A stretch of 32,000 nt of DNA from an uncultured Nitrosopumilaceae archaeon (lineage in GTDB: Archaea; Thermoproteota; Nitrososphaeria; Nitrososphaerales; Nitrosopumilaceae), in the NCBI GenBank assembly GCA_964475825.1, contig CAYYXT010000002.1, forward strand, positions 75,177 through 107,176, in the 5' to 3' direction. The notes under the pieces are model-generated. The model ran no database searches, was not told the origin of the DNA, and was given only the letters and a program-made list of their open reading frames with translations. The translations under genes and the position numbers were made by a program. The stretch's first letter is position 1, and each line of letters begins with the position of its first letter. Shown here in pieces: positions 15,873 through 24,745 of the stretch.

Positions 15873-16685
15873 CTATCTTTTTTTGTGTTTTAGATAATCA
15901 AATATTATTTTGCCTGCCATCTCATCAGGTGTTATATCATGCCTGTTTGATTCCCTTGCAAGTTTTTTTGCTACAGTCTTTGACAAGTGAAATGAGATGT
16001 TTTGTTTTATTTGCATTGCCTTTGCACGCTGTAGCAGTTTTTCGTGAGATGATTTTGGCGAACGCACTAGCGCAGTAATGTATTTTTTTCGCAGCTTTGA
16101 ATCAATCTTTGATATTTTCTGTATGATTTTTTGCACCTTTGGGATGTTTGGTATGGCAAAGTATAGTTTGGTCATTTCATCTCTTGTAATCATTTCAGGG
16201 ACTAGTGATTTTAGACTGTCAGGAACTCCTGCAAATCCCAGATATTTTTTCAATGTAGCCATTGACATCCCCATTGACTTTGCAGCGGTTGATTTTCCAA
16301 CCTGCTCGCTCAAAAACTTGCAGGCCTCTGCAATATCTTTATGGTTCATGTCGTTTCTGTGTATATTTTCTACAACAGATGCTGCTTTTGCATTCTCTAG
16401 ATCGTATTCTGTCTTTTTGCTAATCAGGTGGACTGGAATCTTTTTTGCACCAAGGAGCTTCATGGCAGCAAGTCGTCGCTGACCTGACATTAACAAATAC
16501 GTGTTTTTGTCCTGTTTTTGTACAAGTGGCGGATTTAGTAGTCCCTCTGTTTTGATTGATTTTGCAAGCTCTGCTATTCCTTCCCTGTCGAGTTTTCTAG
16601 ATTGTGCCTCCTTCCAAACCTTGATTTGCTTTATCGGAATTTCTCTTAGTCTGTATGTGATGATTGGTTTGTACTTTCTTGACAC
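15873..16685 (-). CDS. ParB/Sulfiredoxin-domain protein with central HTH and C-terminal ribbon-helix-helix-like tail
   Basis: ParB N-terminal domain is LLNPPLVQKQDKNTYLLMSGQRRLAAMKLLGAKKIPV (GxRR box). HTH candidate is STAAKSMGMSMATLKKYL. The C-terminus ISFHLSKTVAKKLARESNRHDITPDEMAGKIIFDYL has a strand-helix-helix pattern. GTG start, and no ParA/Walker ATPase gene is adjacent. Confidence 0.8.
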   Translation of the reverse strand: MSRKYKPIITYRLREIPIKQIKVWKEAQSRKLDREGIAELAKSIKTEGLLNPPLVQKQDKNTYLLMSGQRRLAAMKLLGAKKIPVHLISKKTEYDLENAKAASVVENIHRNDMNHKDIAEACKFLSEQVGKSTAAKSMGMSMATLKKYLGFAGVPDSLKSLVPEMITRDEMTKLYFAIPNIPKVQKIIQKISKIDSKLRKKYITALVRSPKSSHEKLLQRAKAMQIKQNISFHLSKTVAKKLARESNRHDITPDEMAGKIIFDYLKHKKR

Positions 16686-16866
16686 TGTATTTTCTTGATA
16701 TCTTCTTTCTTAAGTGGTGATAGTCTATTGCAAGTCATTTTAGCTTTAATTCTTCAAACCAAATTCAACATTAAATTAACGAATCCATACAGCAACATCT
16801 ATTGGATATTTTTCTAGTTGAGCGTTAGATTTCCAAGCGTAAACTGGGGGATACTATTTTTACTAA

Positions 16867-16876
16867 TTATCGATAA
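16867..16876. repeat. 10-bp perfect palindrome TTATCGATAA
   Basis: Self-complementary on inspection. Located in the non-coding region upstream of the ParB-like gene. Confidence 0.5.
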
Positions 16877-16919
16877 AAAGGGGAACACTCCCACGCACAA
16901 AAATCCCTGCAACTAGATT

Positions 16920-16933
16920 ATAACGTACGTTAT
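16920..16933. repeat. 14-bp perfect palindrome ATAACGTACGTTAT
   Basis: Self-complementary on inspection, with a CG-containing core in an AT-rich spacer. Lies about 235 bp upstream of the ParB-like start. Confidence 0.6.
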
Positions 16934-17131
16934 GATTTGTTGGAGAGTTTATCTTGTAGTAATCCAAGAATTACAGAAAATCTTTTCTCTCTTGAAATGT
17001 ATCGCTTTAGTATGCTTTCTCATGTTATAATGGAGAATGTGATTGTTGAGAATTAGGGTTATGAGACAAATAACGATGTAATATTTTGAGACATACTTCC
17101 TATTATTAATCGTAATAGACAATGAATATTC

Positions 17132-17494
17132 ATGCTACTGGATTCAGATACGCGGGAAGGAGATAGAAATCTAGATTCTTATACAGATGAAGAAGGTCTA
17201 CTCAAAGATATACAACTTTCTGATTTAGCTTTAAAAATTTCAAAACTTACCTTCAGTTGGAATAATTATTCAGACCCTGTTAAAGAAGCATATAGACTTA
17301 TGAATATGGTTAGAAAATTTTCTCTAGACATTTCTGAGTATGAGCAAAGAATGGGCTCTAAACTTAGTGAGTATCAAAGAAATATAATTTATAATTCTAT
17401 GGAAGATTTAGAAAAACTAATTCCTTACATGAAAAACAAAATCAAACCTTCTGAAAGTTTAGAAAGTTCAAAGGCAAAGGAACTGATACATTAA
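17132..17494 (+). CDS. Hypothetical helical acidic protein
   Basis: 120-aa ATG ORF isolated in a low-coding region. Predicted helical and rich in charged residues, with no motif recognised. Confidence 0.4.
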   Translation: MLLDSDTREGDRNLDSYTDEEGLLKDIQLSDLALKISKLTFSWNNYSDPVKEAYRLMNMVRKFSLDISEYEQRMGSKLSEYQRNIIYNSMEDLEKLIPYMKNKIKPSESLESSKAKELIH

Positions 17495-17819
17495 TTTCAG
17501 AATCTTTGACAGATGACAAATTGTTAAGCCAAAACCGTTTCCTGTCTGCATTCAGATTTAGCCTTAGTTGTGACATTTCTCGAGGTCTACTGTATTCCCC
17601 ACGCGTTATGTCCCTGATCAAATTTGAACCATAAAATCCAATTTTTAAAAAGTAAGCATAACTTTCTCGGTGAGTTTTACCTAATTTTTAACAAACAAGG
17701 AGGAAATCTTAACCTATATTCTTGCGTATGATTAAGAAAATCTGATGGTTTATTTCTGCTATTTACTCAAAATCCAATTATGTTTTAATGCTAGATCAAA
17801 TATTTCTCATTGATAGATA

Positions 17820-17927
17820 ATGCGTGGCTTGTGTCATGTCTGCTTAAGATCAAATGTGGATTTAGTACTATTGAAGGGTATCATACTATGCCAGGAATGT
17901 TTTGAAAAACAGAATGCAAAAAACTAA
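17820..17927 (+). CDS. Candidate 35-aa zinc-ribbon micro-protein
   Basis: Hand translation gives MRGLCHVCLRSNVDLVLLKGIILCQECFEKQNAKN* (CxxC-x16-CxxC). It ends 26 nt before the PfkB gene and is below the ORF-track cutoff. Confidence 0.3.
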   Translation: MRGLCHVCLRSNVDLVLLKGIILCQECFEKQNAKN

Positions 17928-17953
17928 ATCGATATTGTTTGGAAATGTAACTA

Positions 17954-18823
17954 ATGAAACTAGCATTATTTTCACACTGCGCAATTGATACAATTACTAT
18001 TGATGGCACAAATCATGAACAAATTGGAGGTGCCGCCTGTTATGGTGGGCTGACTGCAAGGCAACTCAAATTTGATGTAGACCTTTACACAAAATTTGGC
18101 AGAGACTTTCCAAAGCAATATCTAACTCAAAATAAAATTAATTTTGAAAATGCAATATCTGAGAAACTCACAACCCGATTTGCAATAGATATCGCAGGCT
18201 CAGATAGAACACTCAAACTACTAAATGAATGCGATCCCATTGAATACACTACCATAAACGCAGATGGTTCTTTGGTCACACCAATCTTTCATGAAATTTC
18301 TGCTGATACATTTGCTAAAATAAAAAAAGACTCGAGTTTTACTCTAGTTGATCCTCAAGGATTTTTGAGACGAATGGATTCCGACAAAAATGTAATTTTA
18401 GAAAACACTGAACTTGATTTATCTGATGTAAATGCAATCAAGGTAAATCCTGAGGAGTCTCAGAGAATTGTTAGCGGCTCTCATGATGAGATGATGATGG
18501 CACTACAGAAAAAAGGTGTAGAGCATGTAATTTTTACAAATAAAACTGAAGTTTCATTACTAGTCAAAGACAAAATCTATTCTATAACATTACCAAACAA
18601 AGAAGTCTATGATACTACTGGTATTGGAGATATTTTTTGTGCGACATTTTGTTGCACAATGCTAAAAGAAAAAGACTTTCTTTGGGCATTGTGTTTTGCA
18701 GGAGGCTCTACACAGGCTGCACTTGACTCAAAACAGGTGGGTCTGCTTAAAATACCTCACAAGAGTGCAATTGAGACTAATGCTTCTTATTTTTACAATC
18801 TGGTAAAGTATAGATCGATTTAG
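17954..18823 (+). CDS. PfkB/ribokinase-family carbohydrate or nucleoside kinase
   Basis: Has the N-terminal GG motif (IGGAACYGG) and the C-terminal signature DTTGIGDIFCATF (DTxGAGD-type). Confidence 0.8.
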   Translation: MKLALFSHCAIDTITIDGTNHEQIGGAACYGGLTARQLKFDVDLYTKFGRDFPKQYLTQNKINFENAISEKLTTRFAIDIAGSDRTLKLLNECDPIEYTTINADGSLVTPIFHEISADTFAKIKKDSSFTLVDPQGFLRRMDSDKNVILENTELDLSDVNAIKVNPEESQRIVSGSHDEMMMALQKKGVEHVIFTNKTEVSLLVKDKIYSITLPNKEVYDTTGIGDIFCATFCCTMLKEKDFLWALCFAGGSTQAALDSKQVGLLKIPHKSAIETNASYFYNLVKYRSI

Positions 18824-18862
18824 TACTTTATCCTTTTATTGTACACCTAGTTTCATTTCTCT

Positions 18863-19864
18863 GTGCAAATAGGAATCTATGGTTCTGGTACAACAGACAC
18901 TGCAGCAAAGACCATAAAAAAAATTCTGGATGATGCTGAAATTGAATCATTTGTAATTACTGCAAAATCAAAAGTAAAGCAAGCTGATTGTATTTTGGTG
19001 TTGGGTGGAGATAAGGGAGTTAGAAATTATTTTCATCGACCTTTTGATTCAACATCACCTGTTTTAGGAATAAGTGAGGGTGAATCTAGTGGGTTTTTAG
19101 CTCAGGTAGATCTTAGGGAGTTTCCATCATATGTAAGAATACTAAAAAAACAAAATTACACCGTCGAGGAAGTTCCAAGACTTGGAGTAAAAATCGATGG
19201 AAAAAATGTATACCCTGTCTTAAATGACGTTGCGGTATTTTCATCAAAAAGTGCAATGCTTATGGAGCACACATTACGTGTAAATGATGAAGAAGTATGG
19301 CACGATAACAGTGATGGAATTATTGTATCTACCCCGATTGGCTCTTCTGCATATTCAATGTCTGCCGGTGGACCTATGTTATTTCAGGACTCTGGTGTAT
19401 TTGAGATAATTTCAGTGAACTCTTTAGATATTACACGAAGGCCAATCATTGTATCAAATAAAAGTTCTATTCAAATTAGTGATATTTCAGCTAGATTACA
19501 TTGTGAAGTTGTTCTTGATGGACTGGATAGATACAAAGTAAACAATATGGTGGAGTGTACCCAGTTTTTACCTCCTGCAAAAATAATCCGACTCAAAAAA
19601 GACTCTACTTCAATATCTGCACTTGCAAAGAAGGTCCATCTAGCTGAAGAACTACTTAGCATGCCTCCAAGCTCTAAATTATTACTAAAGACATTAGAAT
19701 ATGAAGGAGCGCTTACACAAAAAGACCTTGCAAACAAGACTCTGCTTCCAGGTAGAACCGTTAGATTGGCTCTTAGTCATTTGTTGAAAAAAGGCTATGT
19801 CAAAAAGAAGGTCTCAATTAGAGATGCACGACAAAAAATCTATGAGATATCGAAGATAGAATAA
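18863..19864 (+). CDS. nadK: NAD kinase fused to a C-terminal winged-helix (MarR/ArsR-like) domain
   Basis: NAD kinase motifs are LVLGGDKG (GGDG variant), NDVAVF and DGIIVSTPIGSSAYSMSAGGPM. The extra C-terminal 75 aa or so, LLLKTLEYEGALTQKDLANKTLLPGRTVRLALSHLLKKGYVKKKVSIRDARQKIYEI, form a wHTH pattern. GTG start. Confidence 0.85.
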   Translation: MQIGIYGSGTTDTAAKTIKKILDDAEIESFVITAKSKVKQADCILVLGGDKGVRNYFHRPFDSTSPVLGISEGESSGFLAQVDLREFPSYVRILKKQNYTVEEVPRLGVKIDGKNVYPVLNDVAVFSSKSAMLMEHTLRVNDEEVWHDNSDGIIVSTPIGSSAYSMSAGGPMLFQDSGVFEIISVNSLDITRRPIIVSNKSSIQISDISARLHCEVVLDGLDRYKVNNMVECTQFLPPAKIIRLKKDSTSISALAKKVHLAEELLSMPPSSKLLLKTLEYEGALTQKDLANKTLLPGRTVRLALSHLLKKGYVKKKVSIRDARQKIYEISKIE

Positions 19865-19897
19865 CTTTTAGATTTTATTTTTTAGTATTGTAAAATA

Positions 19898-20047
19898 TTA
19901 TGATAACTTTTTGGTATGTGTTGTATCATCACATGCATCTTTGATCCTTTTTTGTAAATCTGATTCGTAGCAAGCATTAGAACAAAAATTCTTTACTCCT
20001 ATCTGATATTCTTTTCCACACTTTGTACATCTTGTCAAATTTTCCAC
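19898..20047 (-). CDS. Candidate 49-aa FCS/TRASH-like zinc-finger micro-protein
   Basis: Hand translation of the minus strand gives (M)ENLTRCTKCGKEYQIGVKNFCSNACYESDLQKRIKDACDDTTHTKKLS* (C-x2-C-x11-C-x3-C with an FCS core). GTG start at 20047. Below the ORF-track cutoff. Confidence 0.35.
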   Translation of the reverse strand: MENLTRCTKCGKEYQIGVKNFCSNACYESDLQKRIKDACDDTTHTKKLS

Positions 20048-20161
20048 TCTCTGTTATTTTGGATTCTTTAATAGTATTGTTATTATTTCATTTATTTTTC
20101 TTGTAATTACCGTTATTGAGAAATTCTAAAACTATGATTAATTATTAAAAAATTTAATCTT

Positions 20162-21763
20162 CTATTTCTGTGCTGCAGCTTTTACAAATGCCTCAAATGA
20201 CTGCTCTGGATATCCAGGCCTACTATTAAACTCTGGATGAAACTGCACCCCAAGATAGAATTTATGAGATGGAATCTCTAGCATCTCCATTCTTTTGCCC
20301 CCGTCACTTTCAGCTGAAAATATCAGCCCATTTTTCTCAAATTCTGGAATGTATTTTTTATTGATTTCATATCTATGCCTGTGTCTTTTGCTAATTGTAT
20401 CTGCATTGTAGATTTTGTGCGATACTGTATTTGGTTTTATTTGAATGTCGTTTGCGCCAAGTCTTAATGATCCTCCCATATCTGATATATTTTTTTGTTC
20501 TGGAAGCAAATCTACAATTGGATTTTTAGCATCTGGTTTTATTTCAGTAGAGTTTGCATCCTCTAACTTCAAAACATTTCTTCCAAATGCAATTGCTGCT
20601 AGCTGAAATCCAAAACATATCCCAAGGTATGGTATGTTTTTCTCTCTCGCATAGTTTGCAGTTTTTATGATTCCTTCTGAACCCCTTGTTCCAAATCCGC
20701 CTGGAACTAGTATGCCATCATATTTTGATAAAGTGTTATAGTCTGTAATTGATTCTGAATCAATCCAATCAATTTCAACTGATTTTCCTAACTTTGCACC
20801 TGCGTGTTTTAGCGCATGATTGACACTGACGTAACTATCTGCAAGTGTAACATATTTTCCAACCATTGCAATTCTTACTTTCTGGTCTTCATGATTTGTC
20901 ATAGATTCCGCAATACTATTCCATTTATCCCAGTTTGCAGATGCATTTACCATTCCAACTTTTCCAAACTTTGTAAATAAGGAATCCATTATTCCCTGTT
21001 CATATAATATCTGTGGTACTTGAAAAATTGATTTTACATCATGACATGATAGTACGTCATTTGCAGTAACATTGGTAAACAATGCGATTTTTTTCTTTGT
21101 CTTTTCTTCTAGCGGTGTTGTGCATCTTACTGCCAAAAAATCAGGCTGAATGCCGATTCTTCTTAATTCCTGTGCACTGTGTTGTGTAGGCTTTGTCTTT
21201 TGCTCCCCCACCACATCCAATGATGGTGCAAGTGTCACGTGGACAAAAATTACATTTTGTGGTCCTTCTTCGATTCTCATCTGTCTTAGAGCCTCTAAAA
21301 ATGGCAGTGATTCTATGTCCCCTACCGTACCTCCACATTCTACAATCAAAAAGTCCAGCTTTTCTTCTTCGGCAATTTTTCTAATTCTATTTTTAATTTC
21401 ATCCGTGATATGAGGAATTATCTGAACGCATGCCCCTAGATATTCTCCTTTTCTTTCTGCTTCAATTACTGCTGAATATACCTGAGCTGTGGTAATGTTG
21501 TGGCTTTTTGGAATGTTCTGATTTAGGAATCTCTCATAGTTTCCAATATCCATGTCGCATTCACCTCCGTCTTCTGTTACAAAGACCTCCCCATGAGCAA
21601 CCGGATTCATGGTTCCTGCATCATAATTCAGATAGGGATCTATTTTGATACAAGACACTTTTTGGCCTGCTAACTGTAATAATTTTGCAATTGATGATGT
21701 TGTTACACCTTTTCCAAGGCCTGACATTACACCCCCTGTGACAAAAATAAGTTTCGTCTGCAC
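20162..21763 (-). CDS. pyrG: CTP synthase
   Basis: N-terminal [13 protein letters not shown], glutaminase nucleophile in [11 protein letters not shown], and QFHPEF near the C-terminus. 533 aa, GTG start. Confidence 0.95.
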   Translation of the reverse strand: MQTKLIFVTGGVMSGLGKGVTTSSIAKLLQLAGQKVSCIKIDPYLNYDAGTMNPVAHGEVFVTEDGGECDMDIGNYERFLNQNIPKSHNITTAQVYSAVIEAERKGEYLGACVQIIPHITDEIKNRIRKIAEEEKLDFLIVECGGTVGDIESLPFLEALRQMRIEEGPQNVIFVHVTLAPSLDVVGEQKTKPTQHSAQELRRIGIQPDFLAVRCTTPLEEKTKKKIALFTNVTANDVLSCHDVKSIFQVPQILYEQGIMDSLFTKFGKVGMVNASANWDKWNSIAESMTNHEDQKVRIAMVGKYVTLADSYVSVNHALKHAGAKLGKSVEIDWIDSESITDYNTLSKYDGILVPGGFGTRGSEGIIKTANYAREKNIPYLGICFGFQLAAIAFGRNVLKLEDANSTEIKPDAKNPIVDLLPEQKNISDMGGSLRLGANDIQIKPNTVSHKIYNADTISKRHRHRYEINKKYIPEFEKNGLIFSAESDGGKRMEMLEIPSHKFYLGVQFHPEFNSRPGYPEQSFEAFVKAAAQK

Positions 21764-21818
21764 ATTAAGAAAACAAGTATCTGGTTTTTGTATGTTTTGC
21801 TGATCAGACTCAAATGAC

Positions 21819-21846
21819 GAGATCTCTTATTCTGGTGTGAGATCTT
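21819..21846. repeat. Two GAGATCT(C/T) sites spaced 20 bp apart (the first is a perfect 8-bp palindrome)
   Basis: GAGATCTC at 21819-21826 and GAGATCTT at 21839-21846, lying 56-83 bp upstream of the pyrG GTG. Confidence 0.5.
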
Positions 21847-21870
21847 ACATACGTATGAAATTCTTTATTT

Positions 21871-21906
21871 TTTTTAACAAGTGTTTGGAATTTTTAACGA
21901 GCGTTT
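21871..21906. repeat. Imperfect 16-bp direct repeat, 20-bp period
   Basis: TTTTTAACAAGTGTTT (21871-21886) and TTTTTAACGAGCGTTT (21891-21906) match at 14 of 16 positions. Confidence 0.45.
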
Positions 21907-22015
21907 TTTATTTCTAAATGCCTATCTGTATCTGAGCACATCTAGATAGTGGTCTTTAAAATAGTTCCCACACATACCAGTTGAAAATAACAGACCACTA
22001 CTCTTTAACGAACTG

Positions 22016-22429
22016 TTAGAGTTTATCGCTAAATCTAGATCTGAATGCATCCACTCTGCTCTGAGTTTTGTATTCCCCTGGATGTGAATCTTTTCGTGAA
22101 CGTTCCTCTAGCATATGTTTGTGTTCTTCTCTGGCATGATGCAGTCTATCCTTTTCATGAATGAACTCTTTTTTACAGTATTGGCAGATTACGATAGTCT
22201 TATGATGTTCATGTCTGACGTGTTTTACCAAGTCATCATGGTTGTCAAATTTTGCATCACATTGTATACAGTCATTTTTCTTGTTATGAAAAAATCTCAT
22301 TATTTCATCTTCAAGACTTGTATATTTAAACTCAATATCTGTTATCAATTTTGAAACTTTGTTTGATTTGATCATTGGTTTTATGTAAAATGATTTGCAT
22401 ACACGCTCAAAGTTTACATCGTTATTCAA
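22016..22429 (-). CDS. Tandem classical C2H2 zinc-finger protein
   Basis: Finger 1 is CIQCDAKFDNHDDLVKHVRHEH, which equals C-x2-C-x3-F-x5-L-x2-H-x3-H. Finger 2 is CQYCKKEFIHEKDRLHHAREEH (C-x2-C-x12-H-x4-H). The C-terminal tail is basic. TTG start. Confidence 0.7.
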   Translation of the reverse strand: MNNDVNFERVCKSFYIKPMIKSNKVSKLITDIEFKYTSLEDEIMRFFHNKKNDCIQCDAKFDNHDDLVKHVRHEHHKTIVICQYCKKEFIHEKDRLHHAREEHKHMLEERSRKDSHPGEYKTQSRVDAFRSRFSDKL

Positions 22430-22457
22430 TAATATTGCGATTTTCTGGAATTAAATT

Positions 22458-22544
22458 ATGAAGGCAGAGTCTGAGCCCTGTAGTCACGAATATGCTCCTA
22501 ATGGAACATTATCGTGTCGAAAATGTGGCAAAGTTCGTTACTGA
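22458..22544 (+). CDS. Candidate 28-aa Cys/His micro-protein
   Basis: Hand translation gives MKAESEPCSHEYAPNGTLSCRKCGKVRY* (C-x-H ... C-x2-C). It is divergent from the C2H2 gene, starting 29 nt from it. Very short, so weakly supported. Confidence 0.25.
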   Translation: MKAESEPCSHEYAPNGTLSCRKCGKVRY

Positions 22545-22764
22545 TTCATTAAATTCTTAAAAACAGTGTTCTTATTTTATCTAAATGTATCTATCATCTT
22601 ACTTGTTTCTTTGATAGTCTGTGTTCTACTCTGTGGTGTTTGTTCCTTTTTTGTCTTTGATTAAAGACTTCATTACATTATATGTCATTTGAATCCTTTT
22701 TTGATTCCAGCCTTTAATCTCAACTGGTAAATTATTGGCTGTTTTTTGATTTAGTCTTTCAGAT

Positions 22765-23568
22765 TTATGTTTGGATAGTTTGTCTTTTGAGGCTTTTTGT
22801 AAATGTTGCAATGTGTGACTCTAATTTGTTTTGAGGGGTCTTTTCAATTAGTTTCAAAAATGCACTGCCTACAATTACTGCATCAGCTCCTGCCTTGATG
22901 TATTTTTTGACATCCTCAGGAGTTGAAACACCAAATCCCACGCCGACTGGAATCTTTCCTTTGGTGATCTTTTTGACCTCTTTGATTGCCTTTAGAGTAT
23001 AATTTTGGATTCCTATTTTTACTCCAGTAGTGCCATACACTGCAACTAAATATAAAAATCCTGAAGATGATTTTGCAATTTTTTCTATCCTTGATTTTGT
23101 TGTGTTTGGAGATACCAAAAATATTGTGTCTGCCATGTTTTTAGCAGATGCACGGTATTCTTTTGATTCTTCAATGGACATGTCTGGAAGAATGAATCCA
23201 TCAATTCCTGCATTTTTAGCCTCGGCAATAAATTTCGGGTATCCTTTATGATGCAAAATATTGGTATATGTCATTATAACCAGCGGTATATCTGTTTCTT
23301 TTCTGATCTTTTTTACAATGTTAAAAAATCGGTTGATTTTCATTCCATTATCTAACGATATCATGCTGGCATTTTGAATTATAGGGCCATCTGCTAGAGG
23401 ATCTGAAAATGGAAATCCTAATTCTATGATGTCTGCTCCTCCTTTGATTAGTCCTCTGACTGCAGCCATTGTTGCATTCTCATTTGGATATCCAACCATA
23501 ATGTATGCGATTAATGCCTTTTCTTTTTTGACAGATAGTTCTGCAAATTTTTCTTTAATTCTTGACAT
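22765..23568 (-). CDS. trpA: Tryptophan synthase alpha chain
   Basis: [17 protein letters not shown] and VGFGVS motifs. Its start overlaps the trpB 3' end by 14 nt. Confidence 0.95.
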   Translation of the reverse strand: MSRIKEKFAELSVKKEKALIAYIMVGYPNENATMAAVRGLIKGGADIIELGFPFSDPLADGPIIQNASMISLDNGMKINRFFNIVKKIRKETDIPLVIMTYTNILHHKGYPKFIAEAKNAGIDGFILPDMSIEESKEYRASAKNMADTIFLVSPNTTKSRIEKIAKSSSGFLYLVAVYGTTGVKIGIQNYTLKAIKEVKKITKGKIPVGVGFGVSTPEDVKKYIKAGADAVIVGSAFLKLIEKTPQNKLESHIATFTKSLKRQTIQT

Positions 23569-24745
23569 GTTTGTTCAGATACCTTTGTACTTCTTCTACG
23601 TCCTTGTCTCCTCTTCCTGAAAGTGTAACTACAATTGATTCTGATTTTTTACTCTTTTTTGCAACTTTCATTGCTTCAGCTATTGCATGAGCTGATTCTA
23701 GGGCTGGAATGATTCCTTCAGTTCTAGTCAACATCAAAAATGCATCAATTACTTCAGCATCTGTTGCAGAGTGATACTTTACTCGTTTAGTGTCTTTTAG
23801 ATAAGAGTGCTCTGGACCCACACCTGGATAATCCAATCCTGCTGAAATGCTATGTGTTTCTGTAATTTGTCCTTCATCATCTTGCAATAGATATGTCATC
23901 ATTCCATGAAGCACACCTTTACTACCAGCTGACAATGTTGCAGAGTGATATTTTGATTTTAATCCCTTACCTGCAGCTTCGACTCCAATGATTTCTGCAT
24001 TTGTATCTACTAGCGGATAAAACGTTCCAATTGCATTTGATCCTCCGCCAACACATGCAATTACAATGTCTGGTGCTTTATTTGATATTTTTTTCATTTG
24101 TACTTTAATTTCTTCACCTATCACACTTTGAAAGTCCCGTACCATTACAGGATATGGATGAGGACCTACTGCAGAACCTAGTAAATAGTATGTAGATTCT
24201 ACATTTGTAATCCAATCTCTGATTGCCTCATTGATTGCATCTTTGAGAGTTTTAGAGCCTGATTTTACTGGATGAACTTTAGAACCAAGCATGTTCATTC
24301 TGTAGACATTTAGCTTTTGTCGTATGGTGTCTTTGTAGCCCATGTATACTTCGGACTTCATTCCCAAAACAGCACATGCCATTGCAGTAGCTACTCCATG
24401 TTGGCCTGCACCTGTTTCAGCAATGATTCTTTTTTTATTCATTTTTTTTGCAAGTAGTGCTTGACCTAATGTGTTGTTTATTTTGTGAGCTCCTCCATGT
24501 AAGAGGTCTTCCCTTTTTAGATAGATTTTAGCACCGCCGCATTTTTCTGATAAATTTTTTGCATAGTATAATGGAGTTGGTCTTCCTGCATATTGTTTGA
24601 GATAATAATCTAGTTCTTTTTTGAAATCTTTATTATCTTTGAATTTAAGATAGTTTTCTTCTAATTCCTCAATTGCAGGGACTAGTGTCTCTGGAATGTA
24701 CTTGCCCCCAAATTCTCCAAATTTGCCATCTTTAGGATATTTCAA
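23555..24745 (-). CDS. trpB: Tryptophan synthase beta chain
   Basis: PLP-lysine region [10 protein letters not shown] plus GGGSNAIG. The TTG start is embedded in TTGA, which overlaps the trpC stop. Confidence 0.95.
   Translation of the reverse strand: MKYPKDGKFGEFGGKYIPETLVPAIEELEENYLKFKDNKDFKKELDYYLKQYAGRPTPLYYAKNLSEKCGGAKIYLKREDLLHGGAHKINNTLGQALLAKKMNKKRIIAETGAGQHGVATAMACAVLGMKSEVYMGYKDTIRQKLNVYRMNMLGSKVHPVKSGSKTLKDAINEAIRDWITNVESTYYLLGSAVGPHPYPVMVRDFQSVIGEEIKVQMKKISNKAPDIVIACVGGGSNAIGTFYPLVDTNAEIIGVEAAGKGLKSKYHSATLSAGSKGVLHGMMTYLLQDDEGQITETHSISAGLDYPGVGPEHSYLKDTKRVKYHSATDAEVIDAFLMLTRTEGIIPALESAHAIAEAMKVAKKSKKSESIVVTLSGRGDKDVEEVQRYLNKHVKN

Noticed and set aside
17561-17640. tRNA-like T-loop string (ggttcaaat on the minus strand) and locally GC-richer sequence
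   Set aside because: I could not fold a cloverleaf. There are no acceptor-stem, D-arm or T-stem complements around the motif on either strand.
1759-21413. Long antisense or alternative-frame ORFs inside well-supported genes. Examples: 1759-1968, 3262-3513, 4264-4512, 5202-5450, 5416-5670, 6081-6290, 6895-7098, 8365-8616, 8552-8734, 8937-9122, 10094-10312, 10971-11237, 11837-12031, 12100-12399, 13043-13273, 14577-14768, 15483-15677, 16078-16482, 16501-16698, 19471-19737, 21141-21413.
   Set aside because: Each lies fully within, or opposite to, a gene with clear family motifs. Their translations are low-complexity (Ser/Phe/Leu/Ile-rich) and motif-free. This is expected from AT-rich codon usage, which leaves the opposite strand free of stops.
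22626-22811. 61-aa Lys-rich ORF just downstream of trpA and overlapping its last 47 nt, on the same strand
   Set aside because: It has no motif, and its composition is what AAA-rich spacer sequence produces. The out-of-frame overlap with trpA and the lack of its own promoter make it doubtful. It could be real, but I cannot support it.
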